Part shown: positions 8,888-17,797 of the stretch, in pieces
Position numbering within the stretch: position 1 is the first letter of the stretch
Layout of the letters: every line of letters starts with the position of its first letter
Notes under the pieces: model-generated
Told to the model about the DNA's origin: nothing
The model's input: only the letters and a program-made list of their open reading frames with translations
Databases searched by the model: none
Program-made: the position numbers and the translations under genes
Assembly (NCBI GenBank): GCA_047602425.1
Contig: JASGHG010000001.1
Location: 4,320,001-4,384,000, forward strand
DNA: 64,000 nt
Origin: Nibricoccus sp.
Lineage (GTDB): Bacteria > Verrucomicrobiota > Verrucomicrobiia > Opitutales > Opitutaceae
Direction of reading: 5' to 3'

Positions 8888-9771
8888 AAATGGAGCCACA
8901 GTCCACCGAACCAGTTACCAGGAGTTATTTCCCGAAGCGCGGGGTACTGGTGATTTTGGTGCTGCTTGCGGCTGTTTTTGACGGGATGCTTTTCAACAGG
9001 CTCGGAGGGGCTCGTCGCGAGCGTGAAGAAGCGGCGATGGAATACCGCGAGCTTCAGCGCAAGTTTGAGGAAACGCGCGCGCGCACGCGTACAGTTGCCG
9101 CGCGCTCTGAAAAACTAGCGCCACCGGCGAAGACCGAGCCCATCCCTGCGGCTCCAGAGATTATTTTGGACGAAAGTTTCCCCGGACGCTACGTCGCGAC
9201 GCTCTTGGCGGTGCGAGAAGAAGTGAAATACGGCCGCGCTTTTCGCGCGATGGGCTTCGATGTTGAAACTCAGGCCCGGCTGTATCAATTGCTCGCGGAG
9301 AAAGTGGCGGTTCAGTCCGACTTGCGAGAGATTATGGGCGAACAAGGTATTGACCGGACGACAGCTGAGGGGCGGAAGAAATATTTTTCAGGCTTGCGCG
9401 ACGCAGATGGTAAAATCGAGGCTGAGATCAAAGATTTTCTCGGTGCTGAGAAATACGAGGCATACCGCACCGCGATCGAGCAGCGTGGCGTGTATGACTA
9501 CATTGAAAAGTTGAGTCTGCGGTTGCGTAGCGGCGGTGAGTCACTCAGCGCCGAACAAAATTCAGCTATGCTAGCGATTATCGCCAAAGGCTGCGGAGAC
9601 CCAACGTTCATGCTCATAAATCCGACGTTGCCTGCCGAGGTGATGGAGCAACTTAAAACCACACTCTCCCAAGCGCAGTATAAAGCATTAACCGACATCG
9701 AAAACGAAATGGCTTACTATCGCGCAGGGCAAATGGAAGCACGGCGGCGTATGCAGAACCAAATCCCGTAG
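8884..9771 (+). CDS. Hypothetical membrane-anchored helical protein (paralog 2)
   Basis: ATGA overlap with the previous gene; shared pattern Y...F..., L.EL/QL.AEK, I...LG.E....., LS/T.AQ..AL. Confidence 0.7.
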   Translation: MKMEPQSTEPVTRSYFPKRGVLVILVLLAAVFDGMLFNRLGGARREREEAAMEYRELQRKFEETRARTRTVAARSEKLAPPAKTEPIPAAPEIILDESFPGRYVATLLAVREEVKYGRAFRAMGFDVETQARLYQLLAEKVAVQSDLREIMGEQGIDRTTAEGRKKYFSGLRDADGKIEAEIKDFLGAEKYEAYRTAIEQRGVYDYIEKLSLRLRSGGESLSAEQNSAMLAIIAKGCGDPTFMLINPTLPAEVMEQLKTTLSQAQYKALTDIENEMAYYRAGQMEARRRMQNQIP

Positions 9772-9821
9772 GCAACCGCACGAACTCGGTTGGTTGTTCG
9801 TGCGGGTTTGCACGAGATAGC

Positions 9822-10247
9822 TCAACTCGCCAAAGCGGGTTCGTGCAGCACCGGCCGGGCGTGCTCGGGCCAGTTGCTGATCACGAATTCGGCAAGCTTT
9901 TTCCAGTGGAGCGGCTTGCGCAGGATGCCTTTGAGACCGGGCAGATGTTCGAGTTCGTCGGTGTCGAAGTCGATCGTGCCGCCGGTGATGATCACGGAGT
10001 GGCAGTCGGGAACGAAATGCTGGGCCTGGGCGAGGAATTTCAGTCCGTTCATGCCCGGCATCAAATAGTCGGAGATGATCATGCCCGGATTGAGTTGAGT
10101 GATTTGCTGGAGCGCGGTCTGCGGCGAAGGGAACGTGTAGACAGGGCAGGACAGGTGATTCCGCAGGAGCTGACCGAACGATTCAAGGATCAGCGGTTCG
10201 TCGTCCACGAGGAAGAGAGAACGGCTCGGATGATCTGGAGAAGTCAT
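9822..10247 (-). CDS. Single-domain response regulator (REC)
   Basis: LVDDE, ISDYLMPGMNG, ITG, KP. Confidence 0.9.
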   Translation of the reverse strand: MTSPDHPSRSLFLVDDEPLILESFGQLLRNHLSCPVYTFPSPQTALQQITQLNPGMIISDYLMPGMNGLKFLAQAQHFVPDCHSVIITGGTIDFDTDELEHLPGLKGILRKPLHWKKLAEFVISNWPEHARPVLHEPALAS

Positions 10248-10354
10248 GGCGTATGTCGTTTTGTTCGTTACGCGCTGTTCTCCGGGGCATCGAGCCAGCG
10301 CTGCGTCTTAATTGTGGCGTTGCATTCGTTGTCTTTATTTAATTACCAAAAAAG

Positions 10355-10819
10355 ATGCTGCACATTACACTTTTTCAACCGGAGATCCCACAAAACACGG
10401 GAAATGTAGGCCGGATGTGTGCGCTAACGAAGACGCGTTTGCATTTGATCCATCCCCTCGGTTTCAAAATCACGGATCGCAATTTGAAGCGCGCGGGAAT
10501 GGATTATTGGTTTTCACTGGATGTTCATGAACACGCTGATTGGAAGGCGTTTATGGCGAGTCCAGCCGCGCCAAAACGGCTTTGGCTTTTCACCACAAAA
10601 GCGACAAAAACGTTCTGGGATGTACGCTTCGAAGACGGTGATGGACTGGTGTTTGGCAATGAAGGTTCGGGTGCGCCGGAATGGCTGCACACAGAAATTG
10701 GAGAATCCCAGCGAGTAACGATTCCCCATGCCAATCCCGCCCTTCGCTCGCTAAACCTAAGCACCGCTGCCGGAATCGCCTGTTACGAGGCATTGCGGCA
10801 AGTGGGAATGCCAGGATGA
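10355..10819 (+). CDS. trmL: tRNA (cytidine(34)-2'-O)-methyltransferase, SPOUT family
   Basis: PEIPQNTGN, LKRAGMDYW, LVFG.EG.G, RSLNLS..A....YEA.RQ. Confidence 0.95.
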   Translation: MLHITLFQPEIPQNTGNVGRMCALTKTRLHLIHPLGFKITDRNLKRAGMDYWFSLDVHEHADWKAFMASPAAPKRLWLFTTKATKTFWDVRFEDGDGLVFGNEGSGAPEWLHTEIGESQRVTIPHANPALRSLNLSTAAGIACYEALRQVGMPG

Positions 10820-10825
10820 AATCTT

Positions 10826-11818
10826 TTAATTAATTTCGTTTACGCGCACGCAAGCGACCTCGCGAGTGGGGTCGGCGGGGATGAGCGGCGGGACGGCGAC
10901 TTTGCATTTTTCCTGCGCGAAGGTGCAGCGCGGATGAAAAGGACAGCCGCGCGGCGGATTGACCGGAGAAGGCGGATCGCCAGGCAGGACGATGCGTTGG
11001 CGAGCGCGCTCGACGTCGGGGTTGGGCGTGGGCACGGCGCTGATCAACGCCTTTGTGTACGGGTGGAGCGGGCGTTCGATCACATCGACGGCTTTGCCGA
11101 GCTCGACGATTTTTCCGAGATACATCACGGCGATGCGGTCGGAAATGTGTTTCACCACGGAAAGATCGTGGGCGATGAAAACAAGGCTGAGCCCCATCTT
11201 TTTCACGAGGCTGGCGAGGAGATTGAGAATTTGTGCCTGGATTGAAACATCGAGCGCGGAAACCGGTTCGTCGGCGACGATCACGCGCGGTTGCAGGGCC
11301 AGGGCGCGGGCAATGGCGATGCGCTGGCGCTGGCCGCCTGAAAATTCGTGCGGGTATTTCCGCATGAAACGGGGCGCGAGGCCGACCAGGGTCATGAGCT
11401 CGGCGACGCGGGCGGGAACCTCCGGGCGTGGACATACTTTGTGGACAAGGAGTGGTTCGGCCAGCGTGGCGAAGACCGTCATGCGCGGGTTGAGCGACGC
11501 GTAAGGGTCTTGGAAAACCATTTGGAGGTGTCGCCGGGCTTCCTGAATTTCGTCGTCGGAGCCCGCGGTGAGATTTTTGCCTTCAAGAACGATCGAGCCT
11601 CCGGTGGTCGGGACGAGTTGAAGGATGGTCCGGGCGAGGGTGGATTTTCCGCAGCCGGATTCGCCGACGAGGCCGAGCACTTCACCGCGTGCGAGCGTGA
11701 GCGTGACGCCATCGACGGCCTTCACCGCGCCATGGTGGCGTTTGACAAGAAAGCCCTTCGTAATCGGGAAGTGCGTCTTGACGTCGGTGAGTTGGAGAAT
11801 GGGCTCGGTGACAGGCAT
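10826..11818 (-). CDS. Oligopeptide/dipeptide ABC transporter ATP-binding subunit (OppF/DppF-like)
   Basis: [41 protein letters not shown]-terminal GCPFHPRC. Confidence 0.93.
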   Translation of the reverse strand: MPVTEPILQLTDVKTHFPITKGFLVKRHHGAVKAVDGVTLTLARGEVLGLVGESGCGKSTLARTILQLVPTTGGSIVLEGKNLTAGSDDEIQEARRHLQMVFQDPYASLNPRMTVFATLAEPLLVHKVCPRPEVPARVAELMTLVGLAPRFMRKYPHEFSGGQRQRIAIARALALQPRVIVADEPVSALDVSIQAQILNLLASLVKKMGLSLVFIAHDLSVVKHISDRIAVMYLGKIVELGKAVDVIERPLHPYTKALISAVPTPNPDVERARQRIVLPGDPPSPVNPPRGCPFHPRCTFAQEKCKVAVPPLIPADPTREVACVRVNEIN

Positions 11819-11830
11819 CGGAAATTTTCT

Positions 11831-11861
11831 TTAACCACGGATTACACGGACGGGCACGGAT
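11831..11861. repeat. 9-10-mer tandem array downstream of the GxxExxY gene
   Basis: TTAAC CACGGATTA CACGGACGGG CACGGAT. Confidence 0.85.
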
Positions 11862-11865
11862 ACAA

Positions 11866-12201
11866 TCATCGAACAATCCTTTTCCAACGAAGGTCGTTGT
11901 GCTTAAAATTGAGAAGAAGAGCGAGACGAAGGTTAGTTATAGCAAGGTAGCCGATCATTTGGGACACATGCGTGGGGCCGAATTCCTCCACGACTTTTGG
12001 ATCAACAACGACCTGATCGTTGATAATCAAATCGGGTATCAACTTGTCCACAATCTGTCCCTCGTACAGTACATCGAATTGTTTTTGCTGTTCAACTCGG
12101 TGGCCTCGCTTGCCGAGTTCTATCACGAGCGCGTTTTCGTAAGCTTTTTCATTTAGGCCGGGCTCGCTTAGCTCTGCATATAGTATCTTAGCCGTGCTCA
12201 T
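11866..12201 (-). CDS. GxxExxY protein (PD-(D/E)XK-like fold), apparently with an N-terminal internal deletion
   Basis: PGLNEKAYENAL, PDLII..QVVVDPK, QMIGYL......ALLLNF; lower GC than its neighbours. Confidence 0.88.
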   Translation of the reverse strand: MSTAKILYAELSEPGLNEKAYENALVIELGKRGHRVEQQKQFDVLYEGQIVDKLIPDLIINDQVVVDPKVVEEFGPTHVSQMIGYLAITNLRLALLLNFKHNDLRWKRIVR

Positions 12202-12220
12202 CCGTGTAATCCGTGTTAAA
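12190..12220. repeat. Inverted copy of the CACGGAT array upstream of the GxxExxY gene, containing its ATG
   Basis: Reverse complement TTTAACACGGATTACACGGATGAGCACGGCT vs left copy TTAACCACGGATTACACGGACGGGCACGGAT. Confidence 0.85.
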
Positions 12221-12228
12221 AAAGAAAG

Positions 12229-13203
12229 CTAGATTTCTCCGGCCTGAACGCGGAGGCAGGCGTGGGGATGATCGGAGTTTTGGGAGGTGAGGGCGGGTGT
12301 TTCGATGTGGCAGCGAGCGATGGCGTATTCGCAGCGGGGAGCAAAGGGGCAGCCGGGGAGCGGCTTGGAAAGATCCGGCGGCAGGCCCGCGATCGTGTAG
12401 AGTTCGGCGCCTTTCGGCTGGAGCGAGGGGATGGAGCGCTGAAGGGCGCGGGTATAGGGATGTTTTGGTTGGTAGAAAAGAGTTCGGGTATCGCCGGTTT
12501 CGACGATGCGGCCGGCGTACATGACTTGCACGCGGTCGCAAAGCCCGGAGATCACGCCGAGATCGTGGGTGATGAAGATCACGGCCATGCCGAGTTCGCG
12601 CTGCATTTTTTTGATGAGTTCGAGGATTTGCGCCTGCACGGTGACATCGAGCGCCGTGGTGGGCTCGTCCGCAATGAGAAGTTCGGGCTTGGTGATGAGA
12701 GCCATGGCAATCATCACGCGCTGACGCATGCCGCCGGAAAACTCGTGGGGGTAGGAATTGATTCGGTTGACGGCGTCATTCACCCCTACGGCGGTGAGCA
12801 TTTCGAGGGCGCGATCGAGGGCAAGTTTGCGGGAAATTTTTTCGTGGATCCGAAGTGGCTCGATGATCTGCTCGGAGATGCGCAGGTACGGATTGAGCGA
12901 CGTCATCGGATCCTGGAAGATCATTGCAATGCGCTTGCCGCGAAGGGCACGGGCTTGTTTCGGCTTACAATGCAGGAGATCGACACCGTCGAAAAAGGCC
13001 GTCCCGCTTTCGATCCGACCGGGCGGCTGCGGAATGAGCCCCATCAACGAATAACAGGTGACGGATTTTCCGCAGCCGGATTCGCCGACGATGCCGAGCG
13101 TTTCGCCGCGATTCAGCTCGAAACTGACGCCGTCCACCGCGCGATAAACGCCGTTGCGCGTGTGGAAATAGGTGCGGAGGTCGTTGACGGCGAGCAAAGG
13201 CAT
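12229..13203 (-). CDS. Oligopeptide/dipeptide ABC transporter ATP-binding subunit (OppD/DppD-like)
   Basis: [52 protein letters not shown]. Confidence 0.93.
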   Translation of the reverse strand: MPLLAVNDLRTYFHTRNGVYRAVDGVSFELNRGETLGIVGESGCGKSVTCYSLMGLIPQPPGRIESGTAFFDGVDLLHCKPKQARALRGKRIAMIFQDPMTSLNPYLRISEQIIEPLRIHEKISRKLALDRALEMLTAVGVNDAVNRINSYPHEFSGGMRQRVMIAMALITKPELLIADEPTTALDVTVQAQILELIKKMQRELGMAVIFITHDLGVISGLCDRVQVMYAGRIVETGDTRTLFYQPKHPYTRALQRSIPSLQPKGAELYTIAGLPPDLSKPLPGCPFAPRCEYAIARCHIETPALTSQNSDHPHACLRVQAGEI

Positions 13204-13217
13204 GGTGGAGGCAGGCG

Positions 13218-13273
13218 GTTAGAGGCCGGAAGCCAGAGGCCGGAGGTCAGAAGTCGGAGATCGGGAGCCGGAG
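13218..13273. repeat. Heptamer tandem array (GYCRGAR x8) forming the C-terminus and stop codon of the LpxL-WaaF fusion
   Basis: GTTAGAG GCCGGAA GCCAGAG GCCGGAG GTCAGAA GTCGGAG ATCGGGA GCCGGAG. Confidence 0.75.
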
Positions 13274-15204
13274 GCGAGGAGGCGTTGCGTGGCTTCGAGG
13301 ACGGTGGTAGGCGCAAGATCGATGAGCGAGGCGCTGCCGGTTTTAGGGCAATTCGGTGGTTGTAGAATTTCGAAAGGCGCGGAGAAAACAGGGCCGGTAC
13401 GCACTGGATTGGTGGGGCCGAAAAGAGCAAGCAGCGGGACGCCGAGGGCATTGGCGAGATGCATGCCGCCGGTGTCGTTGGTGATCAGCAATCGGCAGGA
13501 GCGAAGTTTCTCAATGTAAGCAGGCAGATTGGTTTTGCCCGCAAGGTCGTGAACGCGTGCGGAATCGAGACCGGCGGCGATGGCCGCGGTGATCGAGCGG
13601 TCGTTGGCGGTTCCCAGGAGGAGAAACTCGGCGTCGGGATGTTTTTCGAGGAGTTGCGCGAGAAGGTTGCGCCAGTGTTCCACGGGCCAGCGTTTTTCCG
13701 GATTGTTTTCCGAACCGGCGATCAGGCCGATGGCGGTCGAGAATCGAAGGTCTTGGAACGAAGGTGCTGCGGGGCTTTGCGATTTGGAACTGGGCGACTG
13801 CGGTTCGCGGAGGAGCGGACCGTCGAGCCCGAAAGCGCGAAGAAAATTTTCCCAAAGTTCGAGCTGGTGATGTTCGCGTTCGTCGAAATTGGCCGGAACG
13901 GCGTAAGTGCGCGTGAGCAACGGGCGATGTTTTCCGGGACGGAGGATGCCGAAGCGCTGGCGACAGCCAGTGAGCCAGGCCTCGAGGTCGCCGCGGAGGG
14001 AATTGGTGAAAAGCAGGTAGATGTCGGGATGGCGTTCGCGAAATTTCCAGAAATGCAGGAAGTAACCGGGACCATGTTGGGGCAGTGCTTCGAGACGGTC
14101 GGCGACCGCCCAGTCTTTTAGCAGCGGGAAAAAGGAGGCTTTGGCGATAAGCGTTATCTCGGCATCGGGCCGGGAGGCGCGGAGGGCGCGAAGGAGCGGA
14201 AGCGCCATGACGACGTCGCCGAGCCAGTTGGGCATGCGGATGAAGAGGCGGGTCTTGTGCGGAACTGTAGCGAGTCCCCGGGAGGCAAGGTCGGCGGCGA
14301 GGAGATTGCGCTTGGATTCGAGGCGCAGACGTTTTTCGGGAATGTCCTGATGGCGCCAGCGGTCGTGGCTCCACAGCCAGGAGGCGCAAAGATTGTCGTC
14401 GGTTGAGAGTTTTGTCTCTAACCAACGGTTTAGGGCGAGCATGGCGCCGGCGGTGGTGCCATCATGGCGGACCTCCTCGGCTTCGAGGCGCAATTTCCAG
14501 AATCCGAGCCTGCGCGGGTAGAACGCCATGATGCGCGCGCCGGAACGTTCGACGAGCATGCCGGAAAGTTCGCTCGTGGAACAAACGCGCCCGAACAGCG
14601 TGGAAAGGGCGCCTTGCAGTCCGGCGTTTTGATCGAAGAGAACGCCAACGACGCCCTTGCGGCGCAAAATGCGAAAGGATTCCGCGAGGCCGTCTTTGCG
14701 CGAGAGCAGGCGCATCCCATGCCGTTCGCGCGTGGCTTTTACCCAGGCGTCGGCGGTAGGATTGTCGAGCGGGCGAAAAATGACGCCGAACTCCGGCATG
14801 GGCACATCCATGAAGAGCCCAAGCGTAGTGAGACTTTCCCAATATGCGATGTGCGGTGCCGCGACAATGAGCGGGTAGGGCTGCGCGTGGTGATCGATAA
14901 AAAACTGCGTGACCTCCGGCGTGGCCGAAGCGATGCGACGAAGACGCGTGTCGGAGATAAATGGCGACGCGAAGGAAAGCAGCGCGGTTTCGACGAAGCG
15001 GCAACTGCTTTGCCGGGCGATCTTCGCCTGCCAAGCGCGAGTGCGTTCTGGGAATGCGTGATCGAGATTGGAAAAAAACAGGCGGCGGCGCCGGCGAAGC
15101 AGGTAAAATATTGCGTGGCCGAGCAACCACGAGAAAGTTCGCAGCAGAAATTGCGGCGTATGGGCGAGCAGCCAACCGATGGATTGGAGAAGAAGTTTAA
15201 GCAC
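13219..15204 (-). CDS. Fusion of lipid A late acyltransferase (LpxL/HtrB-like) and GT9 heptosyltransferase II (WaaF-like)
   Basis: N-half: HIAYWE (HX4E), RPLDNP, DQNAG, WLWSHDRWR. C-half: RMPNWLGDVVM, KRWP, NDTGGMHLA, LFGPT. Confidence 0.88.
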   Translation of the reverse strand: MLKLLLQSIGWLLAHTPQFLLRTFSWLLGHAIFYLLRRRRRLFFSNLDHAFPERTRAWQAKIARQSSCRFVETALLSFASPFISDTRLRRIASATPEVTQFFIDHHAQPYPLIVAAPHIAYWESLTTLGLFMDVPMPEFGVIFRPLDNPTADAWVKATRERHGMRLLSRKDGLAESFRILRRKGVVGVLFDQNAGLQGALSTLFGRVCSTSELSGMLVERSGARIMAFYPRRLGFWKLRLEAEEVRHDGTTAGAMLALNRWLETKLSTDDNLCASWLWSHDRWRHQDIPEKRLRLESKRNLLAADLASRGLATVPHKTRLFIRMPNWLGDVVMALPLLRALRASRPDAEITLIAKASFFPLLKDWAVADRLEALPQHGPGYFLHFWKFRERHPDIYLLFTNSLRGDLEAWLTGCRQRFGILRPGKHRPLLTRTYAVPANFDEREHHQLELWENFLRAFGLDGPLLREPQSPSSKSQSPAAPSFQDLRFSTAIGLIAGSENNPEKRWPVEHWRNLLAQLLEKHPDAEFLLLGTANDRSITAAIAAGLDSARVHDLAGKTNLPAYIEKLRSCRLLITNDTGGMHLANALGVPLLALFGPTNPVRTGPVFSAPFEILQPPNCPKTGSASLIDLAPTTVLEATQRLLASGSRSPTSDLRPLASGL

Positions 15205-15335
15205 GCGGACGAGCAGAGATTGTTGCGATCCCGTGAAAAACAGCGATTATCATTTGATTTTACCGAGGGAAACTTCATCAAACGAAGCCTGTCCGCGGTT
15301 AAAAGAACATTCTTTTCAGCGCGTTCGTTTTAGAA

Positions 15336-16325
15336 ATGACCCAGCTTCTTATCATTAAACCTTCTTCGCTCGGCGACATCGTCCACGGTTTGCAGGTCGC
15401 CACTTCGCTCAAGGCACAAAAGCCCGATCTCCATATTTCCTGGATCGTCCGCGATATTTTCGCCCCGATTGTCCGGGCTTGCGAAGCGGTGGATCGCACG
15501 TACGTCTTTCGGCGAAACGACGGTCCGGGCGGTTTCATGCGCTTGATGAGCCAGGTGCGCGAGACGGAGTTCGATTATGTATTCGATTTTCAAGGACTGC
15601 TGCGCACGGGCTTGATGACTTGGCGCGCGCGGGCGAAAAACAAAATCGGCCGCAGCGACGCACGCGAATGCTCGAGTCTGTTTTATCAACGCACCGTTCC
15701 GCTTCCGCCCATGGGACGGCGCAGCCACGCCATGGATATTTTGCTGCAATTTTGTCCTGCGCTCGACGCGAAACCGGAATTACAGGGCAAATTGAATTTC
15801 AAGCCAGTTGACGGACTGAATCTCAGTTTTCTGGACAGCCGCAGCGGAGCGCGTCCGATCGTGATGTTTCCTGACAGCCGCCGTGCCGAAAAGAAATGGC
15901 ACGGGTTCAAGGAACTCACGGAGCTGATTGCGCGCGATGGCACGGGCCGAAAAGTCATCTGGGCCGGCAACGCTTACGTCGACTGCAAGGACCCGCTGCC
16001 CGATCACCAATTCCTCAATCTTACGGGCAACACCAGCCTGGTGTCGTTGCCCGCGCTGATCAAACGCGCCTCATGGGTCATCAGCAACGACAGCGGTCCG
16101 ATGCATATTGCGGCCGCGCTCGATGTGCCGACCATCGGTATTTTCGGGCCGACCGATCCGCAGCAATACGGACCCTATCCGCTGAACAGCCTCACCAACC
16201 ATGTGATTCAGGCTCCCGTCGGAAATCTAAGAATGCTTTCGGCCAAGGACGTTTATTCCCGTTTCACCAAGCTCGACGGCGCAGAGATGCGTTCGGCCGC
16301 GCCCTTTCCGAATCGCGGCTGGTGA
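15336..16325 (+). CDS. GT9 heptosyltransferase (WaaC-like)
   Basis: IIKPSSLGDIVH, DFQGLLRT, KKW, NDSGPMHIAAAL, FGPT. Confidence 0.9.
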   Translation: MTQLLIIKPSSLGDIVHGLQVATSLKAQKPDLHISWIVRDIFAPIVRACEAVDRTYVFRRNDGPGGFMRLMSQVRETEFDYVFDFQGLLRTGLMTWRARAKNKIGRSDARECSSLFYQRTVPLPPMGRRSHAMDILLQFCPALDAKPELQGKLNFKPVDGLNLSFLDSRSGARPIVMFPDSRRAEKKWHGFKELTELIARDGTGRKVIWAGNAYVDCKDPLPDHQFLNLTGNTSLVSLPALIKRASWVISNDSGPMHIAAALDVPTIGIFGPTDPQQYGPYPLNSLTNHVIQAPVGNLRMLSAKDVYSRFTKLDGAEMRSAAPFPNRGW

Positions 16326-16428
16326 CCGCGTTTGTCGACGCGCGACGGGTTTTGACGCGGTTGGTTCGTCGCATTCGCTTGCAGAATTTGCGTGAACTGG
16401 CGCGCCCGAACCGTTTTGCTCTTCCCTC

Positions 16429-17697
16429 ATGCTAGACCCAAAGCTCATTCGTGAAACGCCGGACCTCGTCCGCGCAGCCATTGCCAAGAAGCATCTCGAC
16501 GTTGATCTCGATGCCGTGCTCGCCCTCGACGCCGCGTGGCGCAACCAATTGCAAGAGGTCGAAGCGCTTCGCGGCAAACAAAAGGCCGCCAACACCGACA
16601 TGGCCAAGCTCCCGAAAGGTTCGCCGGAGTTCGTCGCCAAGGTGCAGGAGATGAAAGCCGTTTCTGCGCAGGTGAAAGAACGCGAAGGTCAGCTCAAAGA
16701 AACCGAGGATAAATGGAAACAAGCCATGCTCGCGCTGCCCAATCTTCCGCATGCGAGCGTGCCGGAGGGCAAAACCCCGGAGCAGAATGTCGTGTATTCG
16801 ACCCATGGCGACATCGCCAAAGTTTCGCCCGCCGCGAAGCCGCACTTCGATATTCCCGGTTTTGAAAAGTTATTCGATTTTGCGCGTGGCGCGAAAGTCA
16901 CCGGCGCCGGTTTTCCATTCTACGTTGGCGATGGCGCGAAGATCGTGCGCGCCTTGCTTCAGTTCTTCCTCGATGAAGACACCAAGGCGGGCTACGTGGA
17001 GGTGAATCCTCCCATCCTCGTCAACGCCGCCAGCGCTACCGCCACCGGCCAGTTGCCCGACAAGGAAGGGCAGATGTACGAGACAACCGACGATCATTTC
17101 TACGCGGTGCCGACCGCCGAGGTGCCGCTGACGAATTTCTTCCGCGACGAAATTTTGGACGAGAGCGCGCTGCCGGTTTACCGCTGCGCTTACACGCCGT
17201 GTTTCCGCCGCGAGGCCGGCAGTTACGGCAAAGACGTGCGCGGCTTCAACCGTTTGCATCAGTTCGATAAAGTCGAATTGCTCAAATGGGTCCACCCGTC
17301 GACGAGTTACGACGAACTCGATAAATTGCGCAACGACGCCGAGCGCATCCTGCAAAAACTGGAGCTCCCTTACCGCGTGTTGCTCATGTGCGGCGGTGAC
17401 ATCGGTTTTTCCCAGTCGAAGAAATTCGATCTTGAAGTCTGGGCCGCCGGTCAGAAGCGCTGGTTGGAGGTATCGAGTTGTTCAAACTTCGAGGCTTTCC
17501 AGGCGCGCCGCGCGCAAATTCGTTTTCGCGCAAAGGAAACCGGAAAAGTCGAACTCGTCCATACGCTTAACGGTTCCGGCCTCGCGATTCCGCGCGTGCT
17601 GGCTGCGCTGCTCGAAAACAATCTGCAGCCCGACGGCCGCGTGAAGATACCCACCGCGCTCGTGCCGTATTTCGGCAAGGAGTATCTCAGCTTTTGA
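16429..17697 (+). CDS. serS: Serine--tRNA ligase
   Basis: PTAEVP, FRREAGSYGKD, R.HQFDKVE, EVSSCSN...FQARR, HTLNGSGLA. Confidence 0.98.
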   Translation: MLDPKLIRETPDLVRAAIAKKHLDVDLDAVLALDAAWRNQLQEVEALRGKQKAANTDMAKLPKGSPEFVAKVQEMKAVSAQVKEREGQLKETEDKWKQAMLALPNLPHASVPEGKTPEQNVVYSTHGDIAKVSPAAKPHFDIPGFEKLFDFARGAKVTGAGFPFYVGDGAKIVRALLQFFLDEDTKAGYVEVNPPILVNAASATATGQLPDKEGQMYETTDDHFYAVPTAEVPLTNFFRDEILDESALPVYRCAYTPCFRREAGSYGKDVRGFNRLHQFDKVELLKWVHPSTSYDELDKLRNDAERILQKLELPYRVLLMCGGDIGFSQSKKFDLEVWAAGQKRWLEVSSCSNFEAFQARRAQIRFRAKETGKVELVHTLNGSGLAIPRVLAALLENNLQPDGRVKIPTALVPYFGKEYLSF

Positions 17698-17718
17698 TCG
17701 CCGATTTCAGCGAAGCGG

Positions 17719-17747
17719 AGGCGACGACCAGGAGTCGTCGCCTTTTT
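17719..17747 (+). terminator. Intrinsic terminator after serS
   Basis: AGGCGACGAC-cagga-GTCGTCGCCT-TTTT. Confidence 0.8.
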
Positions 17748-17797
17748 CGTTTTATAATTAGCGCCAATTAGCGTTCATTCGTGGTTGAAACATTTCG

